Shown here in pieces: positions 51,296-64,000 of a stretch of 64,000 nucleotides of DNA. Under the pieces are notes generated by a model that was given only the letters and a program-made list of their open reading frames with translations, was not told where the DNA came from and made no database searches. Each line of letters begins with the position of its first letter. The stretch's first letter is position 1. The stretch lies in contig NC_087438.1 in NCBI RefSeq assembly GCF_036321535.1, positions 3,226,001 to 3,290,000 of the forward strand, read 5' to 3'. The DNA is from Camelus dromedarius. Its lineage: Eukaryota. Both the position numbers and the translations under genes were made by a program.

Positions 51296-54200
51296 GTCTG
51301 GTGGCGGAGACAAAGACATGGAAGGTGGACCGCTCATGATACTTGAGGGGCATCTGGTCCTCAGGAGGAAGGCCAGGGCCACTCGGGGGGGGGGGGACCA
51401 CCACCTGGGGACGTCAGCAGGGAGGGCCAGTTAAAGGGGAGCAGAAAACCAAGTGGCCTAATGACGCGCTCACATTTCCAAGAGCGCGGCAGCACACGCG
51501 CTCCCGTGGGTCAAGGAAGGGGCTTCTTTATGTTCCAGACATTTGACAGTTTCCAACAATAATGTCAAACTTGCCGATCACAACCTGAGAATTTCTTGAG
51601 TCCTGGAACCACAATGAAGTCATTTTAAGATCTAGAATTTTCCCCTGACACAGAGCTGGGCTGTGGGCTGTAACTGCGTGGTGCCCAGCTAGACTCAGAA
51701 AATTTCCAAGGCAGTGCATGTCTGCAGCACTTAAGGGGAAAAACAAGAAAAAAAACACGTTCCCTCATATAAGAGCAAATTGCCAAAACTAGGAGGGGGA
51801 AGCGCAGGTCATACGTACTCAATAAACACTAAAAATCACAAAAACATTTTTGGGAGAGGCTCATTCAGAGTGGGCGGAGACGCTACACTGAACACACTTG
51901 CCAGCAGGCGTGAAGGCTCCCCTGGCTGGGGAGTCGCGCCTGCATCCAGGTAGAGCTGCCTGGGGTTCACGCCCCGCACGGGTCCTGGGGGCTGACGTGG
52001 CTCCTCCGTCAGATCCAGCTAGAATTTGCGCTTTGCTCTGCTTGGAGCCCCGGCAGGAGGAAGGGTGCTGCCCCGCTTGTCTGCTTCCCGGGCTCTGCCG
52101 CGAGTTATTCCTGAAGCAAGCATTTTCCAGGCTCCAGGGGAAGCACACGATCCTCAGGTTCCCTCTTCCCGACACCTGCATCCACAAACATATCAAAACT
52201 GCAGGCCAACGAGATTGCGGCAAAGGAAGAAAAAACATTCAGATCAGACAGGGCTGACTCTGAAATAACTCCCCCGGGGAGAAGCAACGCGGCCCCGTGA
52301 CCCGGGATGTGCCCTGGCGGCTGCATCGCAAAGCTGAATCGACGCTGAGGAGGCAGCTCACCCCCACTTCAGGGTGTGGAAGGGAAGGACGTCTCTTGGG
52401 GGAGCTGAGCAAACGAGCCTGCGAGCGCATGCTCTCATCCTCGTGGGGTAAAGCAGTCAAGGAGACGCCACCGTGGATGGGAGATGGAGTCAGGAGAGCC
52501 TCACGTGCTTCGTGCAGGGGAGAGGGGAGGCGAATTTGCAGGCATCCATGGGGAGCTGCAGCCCTGGACCAGAGGAGGGACCCGGCGGTGGTGTAAGCTC
52601 ACGCTCTCCTCCCCCCCCGCGCAGCCAAGGAGATGCGGCCCCGCTGCTGCCTCCTTCTTCTCCAGGACGTCCACCGGCCTGAGGGGAGCTGGTACGGGAC
52701 TGCTGTCACTGTCCCTCTGCCAAAGCCAGAGGGAGCCGGGGCTAGATATCTCATTTCTGTCCCTTGCTTGATTTGAAACATGTGCAGACGGGGAATGTAA
52801 CTGGCTTGGTTGCAGCAGGAACCCAGGCCAGCAGATGAAAGGTTTATGGCCCTGAGACGTCTTCCTACTGCAGCAGTTAGTGTTCGGTGGGGACCAGGTG
52901 CTGTCTGCTTGTCACTTGCAATATCGGGGCGTTACTTAACACTATAAAGTCCCCAACTTAGCATGAGGTCACAGTCCCGTGTTGCCAGTTACAGCTGCTT
53001 AAGACCCTGGGACGCTGCTCCGTGGGGAGTGTCAGAATTATTATTTGGCATTTTCCTCTCAATAGGAGATTGCATTTTGGGATTTGCCATGGAGAGGAGC
53101 ACTGGGCTGGTCTGTTCCGTCCTCACTGGGGCACGCCCTCCCGGGTGCCAGCCGCCAGCCCCACCAGTGGGTGGCCCCAGCCTCCACACTGCTCCATGCC
53201 AACAGATCAACGGTCTCCGGGGGCCCATCATGGGGGCTCAGGCCCCGCAGGCTTCATGCCGCGTGGCTGTCTCCATGGAGCCACCCACACAGCTATGCCT
53301 GCCTTCCTGGGCCCTGGGCCCAGATGTCAGGTCCAGCCAGGGGAAGGTTCACAGCGGCTGGGAGATTCCCCGATCCAGCAAATATCTCCTCTTTGCTGGG
53401 AGTTGTCCTTAGGCCTGCAAAACCATCCATGTTCCTCCCACCAGGCTTCCCCACAAAAAGTGGGGACACCAGCGTTTACCTCGGCATCCAGGTATGGTGT
53501 CAGGGAGAAGGGGGCTTGGCGAGCGGTGAGGGGGGTCATCTGAAGCAAGGTGGCGTCAGAGCCCTGGGATTCCTACTCGTGAGATGGTGATGTGTTCCCC
53601 TTACTGTCTCCACCTGCAGACTTATTCAGATTTCTTTTTTTTTCTTTTAAATGCACACAAGTGAGCACCGTGTTCTCCACCCCCTACCCCCCAAGGCACA
53701 TCTTGTCCGATCTTTGTAATATATCAAGGCAGGGGCTGTTCAACAACGAGATTGAATTAACATCTGTGGTTTTATTAGAGTCCGACTGATTTCTTCAGCT
53801 CAGTAAACAACCAGAAAGTGCCAAAGCACAGATAACGCTGAAGTCACTGAGCCTGAGACGCCCAGCCCTGCAGAGCGCGTGGAGCAGCGGGGGAGGGGAT
53901 GCGGCTCGGCAGGGCAGCAGGGGGAAGCAAGACTTAGGCGGGGTTCGAATTTTTAGAGCTGAATACTCTTCTATTTCCACATCTAACCTTAATGATGAAG
54001 TTGCGCCAACTCTTTTGTAATAATAGAGACCCGACTTTGATATAAAACACAGGGAAACAGATGTGAATTTACATGCAAGGAAAAGTCGTGACCCTGCTCG
54101 AGTCTCTTTAAAGCGTAACACAAAGTAAAGAGGAAAATGATGCGATGCTTTCTGGGGATTTTAGTATTTGACTGACTTTTTTGTGTAAGGTGATTAGTAA

Positions 54201-55109
54201 CCTGTGACCAGATCTTGAGGAAACCACGTAAACAAGACCAGATTTAAAAAGACAAGTCTGTCCCCGCCCAGGCCTTGGTTACGGGACTGGCCACCATCAC
54301 ACTGTTCCCTCTCTAAGCTTCTCTCTCCGGCTCTGCGTCCCTGGAACTTTCAGGAGGAGTTTGACATCGTGGTCCTTTCCTGCAGATTTTCTAGGCTGAG
54401 ACCAAGACACACACATGCGTCAAAAAGATGATTAAAATACTAAAAGGACAAAAGGATAGTCGCTAAGCAGTATGTGTCACAAGAACTGCTTGGGGGTGGG
54501 TCACAGACAGGAAGGACAAGAGGGACAGGTTCCTGCAACTTATTTTGATGTCATTGGCGCTTCATGGTTTCACGCGCATAGATGTAAAATCTGGCCCCTG
54601 TGAGTCCTTGCCTAAGAAACTAAAACCCAAAGTGCTGGCACAAGGCAGTGAGCCCCAGGACTTAAGAAGTGTCTTAACACCAAGGAAATGTACTGTTTTC
54701 CGTCACTTCCTGGTATGTACTATGTTAACTTTTTTTTTCTTTTATCAACCTCTGTTGTATTTTTTCATAATAAATTTTCCCTAGAACTTTAAAGGTCAAA
54801 TTTTTTCATTCATTGCATATTATGTGTTAGAATTTAAATTCAACCCAGATGAACAACTCAGACCTTAAGGATAAAAAATATATATTTATTAATCTAATAA
54901 AAGCAATTCAAGTGTAACTTTGAAAGTATTATATTATGTTAATATCACTTTTTGAATTCTAATTTCTGTAGAGTTGAATTAGTAGATGACTAAAGTAACG
55001 TTTTTTCTTGTAAGTCATATATATATATATAAAACAAACTAGTAACTTGCTGTTTCATGAAGAATAGAATATGTAAATGCCTCCTTTATAAGATTGTTGT
55101 AATAGATAA

Positions 55110-57945
55110 ATATATGAAGGCAACTTCTACTTTTTGTCAAGAAAAGGCCTATATTTACTCTCTCTCCTGGAGCAACCAAAAAAATAGACAAAATATATGA
55201 AACACACGTTGTCAAGGCTGGACGATCAAGCAGTGGCCCCTGAGAGGTGGGAAACCAGTGATGGATGTGGGCCCTACAGCTGCCCCCGCTGGCTGTCCTG
55301 AGAGCGTGTCCAGGCCCAGGCGAAGGGGGCAGGCCCCACCGGAGACCTGAGGCCTGTCTGGGCTGAGAGGCTGGGAGTCCAGGTGGGCACAGGCAGGTAC
55401 GATTCCCTGCAGAGAGCAGCAGGGAGGGGACAGCATTGAGAGAGATCTTCAGAGGGTCCTTGGGGCGCATGCGATCACACTAATGTCTCTAGAAAAAAAT
55501 CCCCAAATGCTTAACAGCTAAATAATATACTTGTAAATAAACTATCGAAGGGTAAATTTTTAAAAACTGAGAAACTATTTTGAACAGAGTGTAAACACAA
55601 CCTATTGACTTGTAGGATGTCACAGTATTGGTGGGAAGTTTACAGCATTAAATGTCTGCGTTAGGAAAGAAGAATTAGCTGAAATCAATGACCTCAATGT
55701 CCAACTGGAGGAAAAGAGGAAATGAAACACAAGTTAAGTAGAATAAATACGTATAAATGTCAGGACAAAAATCAATGAAATAGAAGAGAGAAAAACAATA
55801 AAGAAAATGAAGTTTGGATAATGTAATTAAAGCTGCCTTTTTGGAAGGTTAATGGAATCGGTAAGCCTCTACCCGACTGGTCAGGAAAAGAAGAGAGAAA
55901 ACACAAATTACCGAAATCAGGACTGCAGGAGATGGCATCCTTACAGAGTCTACAGATTCTACAATATAATAAGCACAGGACTTCGTCAGGCATTTTTCCA
56001 AAGACAATATAAAAATGGCCAATAAGCATATAAAATATTCAGTATCACTAGTCACTAGGGAAATATAAATCAAACCGCAATAAGCTATCGCCTCATGTGC
56101 ACTGGCTACTATCAAAAAAGAACAAAAATTAAAATAACATGCTTTGGTGAGAGTGTGAAGTAACTGAAACCCTTGAACACTGTTGGTGGGAATGTAAAGT
56201 GATCCACTAATTCCAACCCTAGGCATACATCCAAGGAGAGAGCAGCAGGCTCTCAGAGGGGTCTGTGCATCCACGGCCACAGCAGCATTATTCACACCAA
56301 CCCAAAGGCGGAACCCGAGGGTCCATCAGTGGAGGAATGGAGCACAAAATGCGGTGTATACACACAGCTGGATGTTACTCACTCTTTTAAAAAGAAGGAA
56401 ACTCTGATACATGCTATACACATGGATGAAGCTTAAGAACATTATAATAAGTGAAATAAACCAGTCACAAAGGACAAACACGGTGCGAATCCACCCACGT
56501 GAAGTATCTAGAGACAGAACGTGGAACGGGGGTGCCAGGGCGGGGCATGGCAGAGATGAAGGGCTCCCTGATGGGGCCAGTCTCAGCTTTGCGAGACAAA
56601 GAGAGTCCTGGAGCCCGGCTGTACAACAGTGTGAGCAGATTCAACACTACTGAGTGTCCACTTAAAAATGGTTAAGATGGTAAATTCTATGTTACGTGTA
56701 TTTTACCGCACGTAAGCATTTTTAAAGATACTAAGGGAATGTTATGAGCAATTTTATGTCAGAAAAATTGACAGCTTACATGAAATGAGTAAACCCCCTG
56801 AAAGACAGAAACTATTAAAATGCAGCCAAGAAGGAGATAACCTAAATCAGCCTCGTGTCTATGCAAGGAACTGAATTTACAGTCAAAACCTCCCCTCCGA
56901 GAACTATCAGGAAAAGATGGCTTCACTGGTGGATCCTGCCAACATGGAAGGAAGAAATAACTATAATTCTACATGAACTCAACTAGAAAACTGAAAAGGA
57001 GGCAGCACTTACCAGCTCATTTTATGAGGACCCCGTTTGAAAAAGTCAAAGATATTACACGGAAAGAAATCTATAGACTTCAGGAACATGAAAGAGGGAA
57101 AACCCTAAAACAAAAATGTTAGCAAACCAAATTCAACAATATATAAAATGCGTCATGGCCAAGTGAATTGCAAGTGCAAATAACCAGACCAGACCACGAC
57201 CAGAAATGCAAAGTGGAATGAGCATTCAAAAATCCAGCCATGTCACTTGTCACGTTAACAAACACAAAGTGAAGATGCACACGGACATCCGAGTTAAAGC
57301 GGGAAAGGCATTTCATGGAACTCAGCATCCACTCTTCACAAAGCTTTCAGCAAACCAGGGGTAGAAGGAACCGGAAAAGGGGCGTCTGTGAGACAGCTAC
57401 AGTCGAGGTAACATTGGCCTTGAAAGGACAAGGCTTTCCTATCAAGATCAGAGACAAGATGTGGATGCTGATTGAAATAAACAATGACTTTGAAAAAGAA
57501 CGTGTCTCTTTCTTGAAAAGTTAAGGCTGCACCTACCTTATGGTTGAGCCATTCCGCTTGTAGGCATTGCCCTAAGAGTAAAAAAAGATACATACACACA
57601 CATCTGTTCAAACCCCTGGACGCAGATGATCATGGCTGTCTATTTGTAACAGCCAAAAAGTGGAAACAACCCAACTGTCTATCACCCATTAATGGGTGAA
57701 CAGGCAGCTGTACCTCCGTACACATGATGCTCCCCAGCAGTGAGAAGGAATGAAGCACTGATCCAAACAACAGCCTTGCTGGATCTCAAAGTCATTACAC
57801 CGAGTGAGAGAAGCTATCCAAATAAGAGCACACGACATGTTTTCCATTTATGTAAAATCGCAGGGAAACCAAGCTAACCTACAGGGACAGAAAGCGGACT
57901 GGTGGTGTCCTGGGGTCGGAGGTGGCTGTGACAGACAGGGGTGGG
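55110..57945 (+). mobile_element. Old fragmented L1 (5' region, ORF2 pieces, 3' UTR; L1M4/L1MC-D-like)
   Basis: ORF2 motifs 'aaaatcaatgaaatagaag', 'agagagaaaacacaaattaccgaaatcagg', 'agatggcttcactggtgga', 'cagctcattttatgagg'; 3' UTR 'gtaacagccaaaaagtggaaacaacccaactgtctatca'. Confidence 0.75.
55975..56715 (+). mobile_element. Nested L1 3' end (L1MA/L1MB-like) inside the older L1
   Basis: 'aaatggccaataagcatataaaa', 'catgctatacacatggatgaagcttaagaacattataataagtgaaataaaccagtcacaaaggacaaa', end 'cacttaaaaatggttaagatggtaaattctatgttacgtgtattttacc'. Confidence 0.8.
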
Positions 57946-59015
57946 AAATCCGTAGATGTTAGCTTTTCCCGCCAGCAGCTCAACTTCAAAAGAGAAGAGA
58001 AAGTGTCCCCTTCAGGTGGAGAAGTGCAAATAAGAGGGCATTGCATTTGCACGTGTAAAATCCCAGACTATCCGTGAAGGTATCCTGGAAGCCACGGTGT
58101 CCCTTTAAATTCTCAAGTTTTGGAAATGGCACCCACTGCAACTGACGAGGAATTGCAGAGCAAGGGGGAACTTACTAGTCGTGTCTTTAGACAGGAAAGT
58201 CTCAGGAGCTCCAAGGACGGGACTTAAGAATGAAGGACTTAAAAATGAACACATGATTTGAAATCTATGACAGGACGGTGGGCTTGAGACACGACCACTG
58301 GATTCTGGGTCCGTCAGCCAACACACACAGCCTGAAAGAGAGGGCACTCGGGTCCCTCCAACTTTTTAAGAGCAATGACAGGTATGAAATTGTCAGCCAG
58401 TGGGGACATAAACCTGCCAGTTAGGGTCAAGCATGTTCCCTTTAACTTTAAAAAACTGCAGTTTGAGAGGTCAGAGAGGCTGAGAAAGCAAGAGCCCCCT
58501 TCCCGAGGTTGCTCAGGGCACAGAACACACCACTGCCGTCGTTATGCATGTCACAGTGAAACAGTGACCCAGGTTCCTCAGAAACAGGACTGACGGGCTG
58601 CAAAAGCAGCACTGGAGTCAGAGCAGCATGTGCAGATGCTCTGAACACAGCAAAACCTCAAGGCCCCTGAACCAGCTCGATCAGGGTCTAAACTGCTGTC
58701 CAGCGGGGTCTGGGGAGCACGCCCTGCAGAGCTCAGCCTCCCTCTGAGGTGTCCAGGAGGGTATGAAGAAAGCTGGAAACAGGGTACCAACACGCACTGA
58801 CCCTGTCATCCATGGTTTGTTCCGATAAAGCGATGCCAGGGTCTCCAAGAAACCTCCAAGTTGTTAGGTAAGCGAACGCATCAGTCATCAGAAAGCTTAG
58901 CTTAGCTCTGACAATAATGGCTGACTTCCTTTGCATTTTTTTCTATAAAACAGTAAGAATTATTGAAGCAAGAGTGGCTCTCAGTGCTTTTAAGTGAACA
59001 AGAGGATGATTTCTG

Positions 59016-59131
59016 TTTGTTTATTTTTGGGGGGGAGAAGAGTAATTAGGTTTATTTATTTATTTACTTTTTTTTAATGGAGGTACTGGGGAATGAACCC
59101 AGGACCTCCTGCACACTGAGCATGCACTCTG
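59016..59131 (-). mobile_element. Camelid tRNA-derived SINE (Vic-1 type), 5'-truncated
   Basis: Antisense 'ggggggg...gtaattaggtttatttatt...aatggaggtactggggaatgaacccaggacctcctgcacactgagcatgcactct'; the A-box end is missing. Confidence 0.85.
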
Positions 59132-59236
59132 CAGTGTTGACTCTCAGGACACGTGACTCTAAGTGCATGACTATGTGTCCATCGGCTCCCAGCAAAGCAG
59201 GGACTCCCTCCTATACCAACAGACCCAGAACACTGG

Positions 59237-59540
59237 CATTTATTCATTTTTTTCAGACTTTTTCATCAGCGTCTACTGCAGACCACACACTGGGACACTC
59301 TCTGAACAGGACTGATGGGGGAGGCCCCTGCTCGCACAGAGCTCCCATTCCTGTGGGGAGAGGGAATCCGCAGAAACAGACACAGGAACACAGCAATACT
59401 GCTAGTGTGGAGTGGCAGCGCGGTTGTGCAGTGGATTCTTAAAGGGCTTGCTTGGGGGGAGTGGCTATAGGTAGCGCTCTCCTGTGGAGCATGCAGGAGG
59501 GCCCCAGGGAGCTGAGATGTAAATGATGCTCTGGGACCAG
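59237..59540 (-). mobile_element. L2 3' end fragment
   Basis: 'catttattcatt...cagcgtctactgcagaccacacactgggaca...ggcccctgctcgcacagagctcccattcctgtggggagag'. Confidence 0.6.
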
Positions 59541-60542
59541 CCCTACAGGCAGGGGCAGCTGGCAGAGCCTTCCAGCCTGGGGCGGGCAGGAAAAAGACCC
59601 TCGACACAGAAGCAGAGATCTGTGCGCTGTTCCGGGAGGTGGGGCTGCATCTCTCATTAGACGTGGGGGCCACAGGAGGGGCTGAACATCACTGTAAAAG
59701 GCAAAGAGAGCCTTTCGGAGCCTTTGAGGCTGCAGAGTGACAGGCGGGGTACAGGGATTGAAAGGGTCCCTATGGCTGGGTTCAGAGGGAACCATCCCTC
59801 ACCTGTGGGCCGGAGCATCCTGCCCATGTGGAGAGGAAAGGGGAACACGGACAAGTGAAGGGTCCCAGAATCTGCTGGTCTTCCCCAGCCCTGCACACTC
59901 AGGGCTCCACCCACAGTCCACCCGGAGCTAAGCCACTAAAATGCCCTCATCTCTGCCGCCTTCCACTGCGGCTTCGTTAGCTGTGCTTGGAGTGGACCCC
60001 TGGGCACGGGTGCAGGTGCAGAGGAGACGGTCCTCCTGATGAGCTCTGGAGGCTCCTGACAATGTGGCGATCTGGCAGAGGTGACTGAGAAGCTCCTGCT
60101 AGTCATGTAGGACTTTCAGACTCCGAGAGAATATGTTATCAAGGAAGCTGGGGGAAGAAAAGGGTTCGGGAAGGGATTAAACATTGCTGAAAGGAGGAGA
60201 AAGGTCATGACTGAAGGCTGTCGCATCTGGTAGGCGGCTGCCCTGTGAGGGGCAGCAGATGGGAATCATTCTTACCGTCTGTTCAGTTACCCTCCAATAT
60301 TCTTTAATGCCCAGCATCCATCAGCTGGGGGGCAAAACAATGCAGGGCGATACAGGACCTCACAGGCAAATTCCTGCTCACGTGAGGCTTACCGTCTAAT
60401 AAATACATCAGGAATAAATAGGTAAAATGCGACTTGGTGTCATTGTCCGGGGTTAAAGTCAAGTGAGGAAGGAGCGTGGAGGGGGCGGGGCGTGCCTGTG
60501 AAGACGGTGACTGTTCTGTATGGAGATCAGTCACCTAGTCGG

Positions 60543-60936
60543 TGCAGTGGGCAGGATTCTGAGGACCCCAGTGATTTGCACCCTTGTTAACCCCCCCTGC
60601 TTGAGGCCGTGTGGAATCCGTGACTTGACTCCGGCAATAGCATGTGGCCAAGGTGACCGGCTGTCACTCCATGATTCTACTTCATTACACGAGAAGCCCT
60701 CTTAGCAGACGGAAGTGAGGGTCTCTCACCAGCCAAGAAGGGGGAGACCAGGCCCTGAAGACCTAGGAGGACCGTGTCCAGCAGACTGTGGGGGCTTCTG
60801 GATGCTCCAAGAAGCTCCCGGTCAACTTCAGCAGGACAGCGGGGCCCTCAGACGTGCAGCTGCAAGGAACTGAATTCTGCCAACGACCATCTGAGCTGCA
60901 GAGGGGCTGGCGAGGCCAGACCTCCATAAAGACTGC
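60543..60936 (+). mobile_element. MaLR LTR (MLT1E-like), 3' part missing
   Basis: 'tgcagtgggcaggattctgag...tgacttgactcc...gctgtcactccatgatt', 'gctgcaaggaactgaattctgccaacgacc'. Confidence 0.75.
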
Positions 60937-60941
60937 CTAGG

Positions 60942-61496
60942 CATTACCAAATTAAGTTGCATGGGCCCCGCTCAGTCCCCGCTGGCCGGGGTCTCTGCCT
61001 CAGCCGGGGAGGGATCTTTTCGCTTCGGGTTCAGGTCTGAGCAGGGGAACAACGAAGCCGAAGCTGAGATCAACACAGCACAAGCTTTACTCAGTGGCCA
61101 CGGGATGGAGAAGTGGGAACTAAGTTCCCAGATCAACTTCTCGCCCACCTGGTGAGAGGGGTTTAATTTTGAAGAGTGAAGACGAAGAGGGGAGGAGCGA
61201 GGCTAGTGAGGGGAGGCGTGTGCACGAGTCTGCGGGGAGGGGCAGGGCTTGAGGGAATGCGTTATCATCCCCTTTTTGTCCCTTTTTGGTCCTTGGTGTC
61301 CGGCCCGGCCACCAGCAGCTGTGCCATTCAGTGCACTAATGTGGTAAAATCGGCGTCTGATGAGGCTCAGGGTCTGGTGGAGGGCAGGTTTGCCGCCATC
61401 TTGGTCCCGCTGGTTCCATCTGGATGTTTTTGCTTATAGCTTCCTTTCTTATCTCTGGGCCCTTTAACGTAAAGGTTTATGTTCACTCCTGCTACA
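60942..61496 (-). mobile_element. Probable ERV1-type LTR (subfamily not identified)
   Basis: Begins 'cattacc' (decayed TGTTACC) and ends 'gctaca'; 'caagctttact' is a degenerate antisense polyA signal; 'gccgccatcttgg' YY1-type motif common in these LTRs. No clear TSD. Confidence 0.5.
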
Positions 61497-64000
61497 GGCG
61501 GGCTTGGAGGGTTTGACCCAACACCTAGAGCAGCTCTGGCCACAGAGGGTGTCGACAGGGGCGGGTGTGCCCCTTCGCTCGACACCCACCTGAGAGCACA
61601 AGACACGGAATTTAAAGGCGGTGAGAAAGAGGGGCTTGCTTGGAGAAAGATGTTGGGGTGATGGATGTTTCCCCACACGCACTGCACCCACCTGCCCCGA
61701 GTCCCTCGAGCCAGTAGGAGGCCAAGTTGGGTTCAGAAGCGGAGGAGAGCTTTCTTCTTCCACCAGAGAAGGAAGAGACGTGAGCTCAGGCCCCAGAGCA
61801 CGGCCTCTGCCCCAGGCGGTGGGTGGGGCCCTTTATGGGGACCCCCGCGGGGAGGGGCGGGGCTCTCCTGGGTGGGCACAGCCCCGTTGCTCCTGCTCCA
61901 GCCCCCAGGGCTGGGCACAACCTCTCTGCACACGGCCCACCGCCGCCATCCTGGCTTGAGTGTGGTGTGCAACCCTCTGCACACGGTCCTCCAAGCAGAG
62001 GTGTCAGCACCGCCATTTCACACCAGAAATTAGGGTCCAAAGTGCTGAATGCGAAGCCCCTGCCCATGCCGTCCTTGAGCCGGTGGAGCTGGACTAAGCA
62101 CAACGGAAAAGGAAAAGGTTAGACTTCGCCACGCAGAGTCCCTTCGTCTTCCCCAGGAACTGCTGCTGGGCTTTGCTGGTGACAGCAGGAGAGAGAAAGT
62201 CATTCGTGAGTCACAGTAAGCAAAGCTGGAAATGAAAAAGCACCTTGAAAGAGTAAAATGTTGTGGGAACTGAGAAGATGGGGTTCCGCCTGCAGGAGGG
62301 GGGCCCCAGCGGGCTTGGCAGAGGAGACGGGAGCCTGGGGTGGGTTCACAGGGCCGTAGAAAGGGCTCTGAGACCCAGGGCATCTCTGAAATAGGGATGG
62401 AGGAGAGAAAAGCTGCCTGGGTGGGAGAATGAACATTGCTCAGCAGATAGGGTCCATTGTGGGCTGGTGGGAGCCGACCCTGAATGGCAGAGGGAGGCCC
62501 AGGCTCACGGCCTTGACCTCCAGGCCATGCAGTCAGTGCAGAAGCCTGCAAGATCACTGTGTAGAAGTGCAGTGCGGCGAGGGCGAGGGCCATGTCTCGC
62601 AGCATCAGGTTGGGTGTTTGCAGAGCGGGAGGCAGAAGGTGCGGGAGGGTGGAGAGCTGAGTGCTGCCCTCAGCGTTCTGCGTCCCCGGGGGCTGAGACG
62701 TCCAGGTGGAAACGGAGGAAATGGCAGCTCCAAAGAGAAGTCACAAGCCTGCGTCAGCCCCACGGGACCGATAATTGAAACCATCCACTCCTTAACTCAC
62801 GCCTGAGCAGGGATATGATGTCAGCCTCATCACTCTGGGCACCGCAGATAAAAGTTTCCAGGCCCTTCTGGAAAAAGCGGGAGAAGGGAGCTCAGGGGCT
62901 TAGGGAGCCATGTGTGGGCTAATGGGATGTGGCAGCTGGGCTCCTCCGGGTCAAGTGAGAGCACTTGGATTCAAGGAATAGGATATCTTGACCGTGATTG
63001 CCTGGCAGTGGCCACATGTGTGCTGAGCATTTTATCTGAAGTTCTAATGGAAATTATCAAAAGATCCGTGTCTTTTGGGGCCACAGCAATTCCATCTGCC
63101 GTGATGAGTAGAATGTGGCTAAGACACCCTTACTTGTAACCGTGTTCCCTGAGTTGCATGTTGTCACTAATATCCTTTTCCGGTTCACTGTGCTTAGGCA
63201 GTGGTGAGACTGTCATCAGAACTCAGGGACTCGGGTAACAATCAGGCTGCCTTCGAGGGGATGCTGGAAACTGCGTTCTGTTTATTGAGATGGGGTTGCC
63301 GTCATACAGCATTGCAAACTGTGACAACTCAAGCAAAGAAATCAACTGAGATCAACTTGTGTCTGTTAAATTTCATCTGTATTTTTAAGCCAGCTAGCAA
63401 TGGAGGAACATGCATGGTGGCCGCCACCACAGCACTTCCTGGCCTTGATCTGTTGTCCCCCACAATCGAGGAAAGATACAGGGAGTGAAGTAAGCTCAGT
63501 GCTAAAGACACATGATGATGTCCTCAGGCAGGAAGCTTGTGCTAATTCAGACTGCAGGGAGACACACTGCCCTCCACAAAGTGAGAAATCTTTGGGAGCC
63601 AGTCTGGCATCATTTATAGTCGAATGCTATGGATATGCCCATGAGTACACAGAGACAAACAAAACCATACGGCTTTACGATCTGTAGTTAAGTATGTTTA
63701 GCATTAGCATCCTTCTTGAGATTCAGTACAATAGAAAAGAAGAGATGGCAGGTTCTTAAATATTTCTGGGCACTAATTTCCAAAGCTGTGAGGAACGGCC
63801 ATTGCATTTGTATCTTTCTGAAGTCTTGGCTTGGATCAAAGACTCATACTATTCAAGCCACTGTGCCACCTGCTTTTAAGCACACCTGGCCCACCAGCAG
63901 CCTTGTGGATAGGGTGCAGCTCTCGGCAGCACCACAGCTGCTTGCCACCCCTTTTAAGGGAGCCCCGGTGGTGAATTCCAGCCTGGGCAGGGAGCTAAGA

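Overview
Mammalian genomic DNA, most likely camelid (alpaca/llama/camel). Two tRNA-derived SINEs match the camelid Vic-1-type sequence, and I saw no Alu, BovB/Bov-tA, PRE-1 or Can-SINE. I recognise no protein-coding gene, rRNA, true tRNA or CRISPR array. The listed ORFs are chance ORFs, simple-repeat products or broken L1 ORF2. The window is intergenic or intronic and rich in interspersed repeats (L1, L2, MIR, MLT1/MaLR, ERV1-type solo LTRs, MER58). It is AT-rich over roughly the first 19 kb and GC/CpG-richer after that. The most notable non-repeat structure is an orphan CpG-island promoter at about 24.5-25.05 kb, built from a (GGGGGC)7 GC-box array and four NRF1 motifs spaced 20-22 bp apart. 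It sits among five CTCF motifs of alternating orientation (16.4-30.3 kb). There are also several readable retrotransposition events, including an ~80 bp L1 insertion with a perfect 16-bp TSD and an apparent 3' transduction. I found no convincing novel biological system. Repeat subfamily names come from recalled consensus sequences, not a database search, and most boundaries are approximate.
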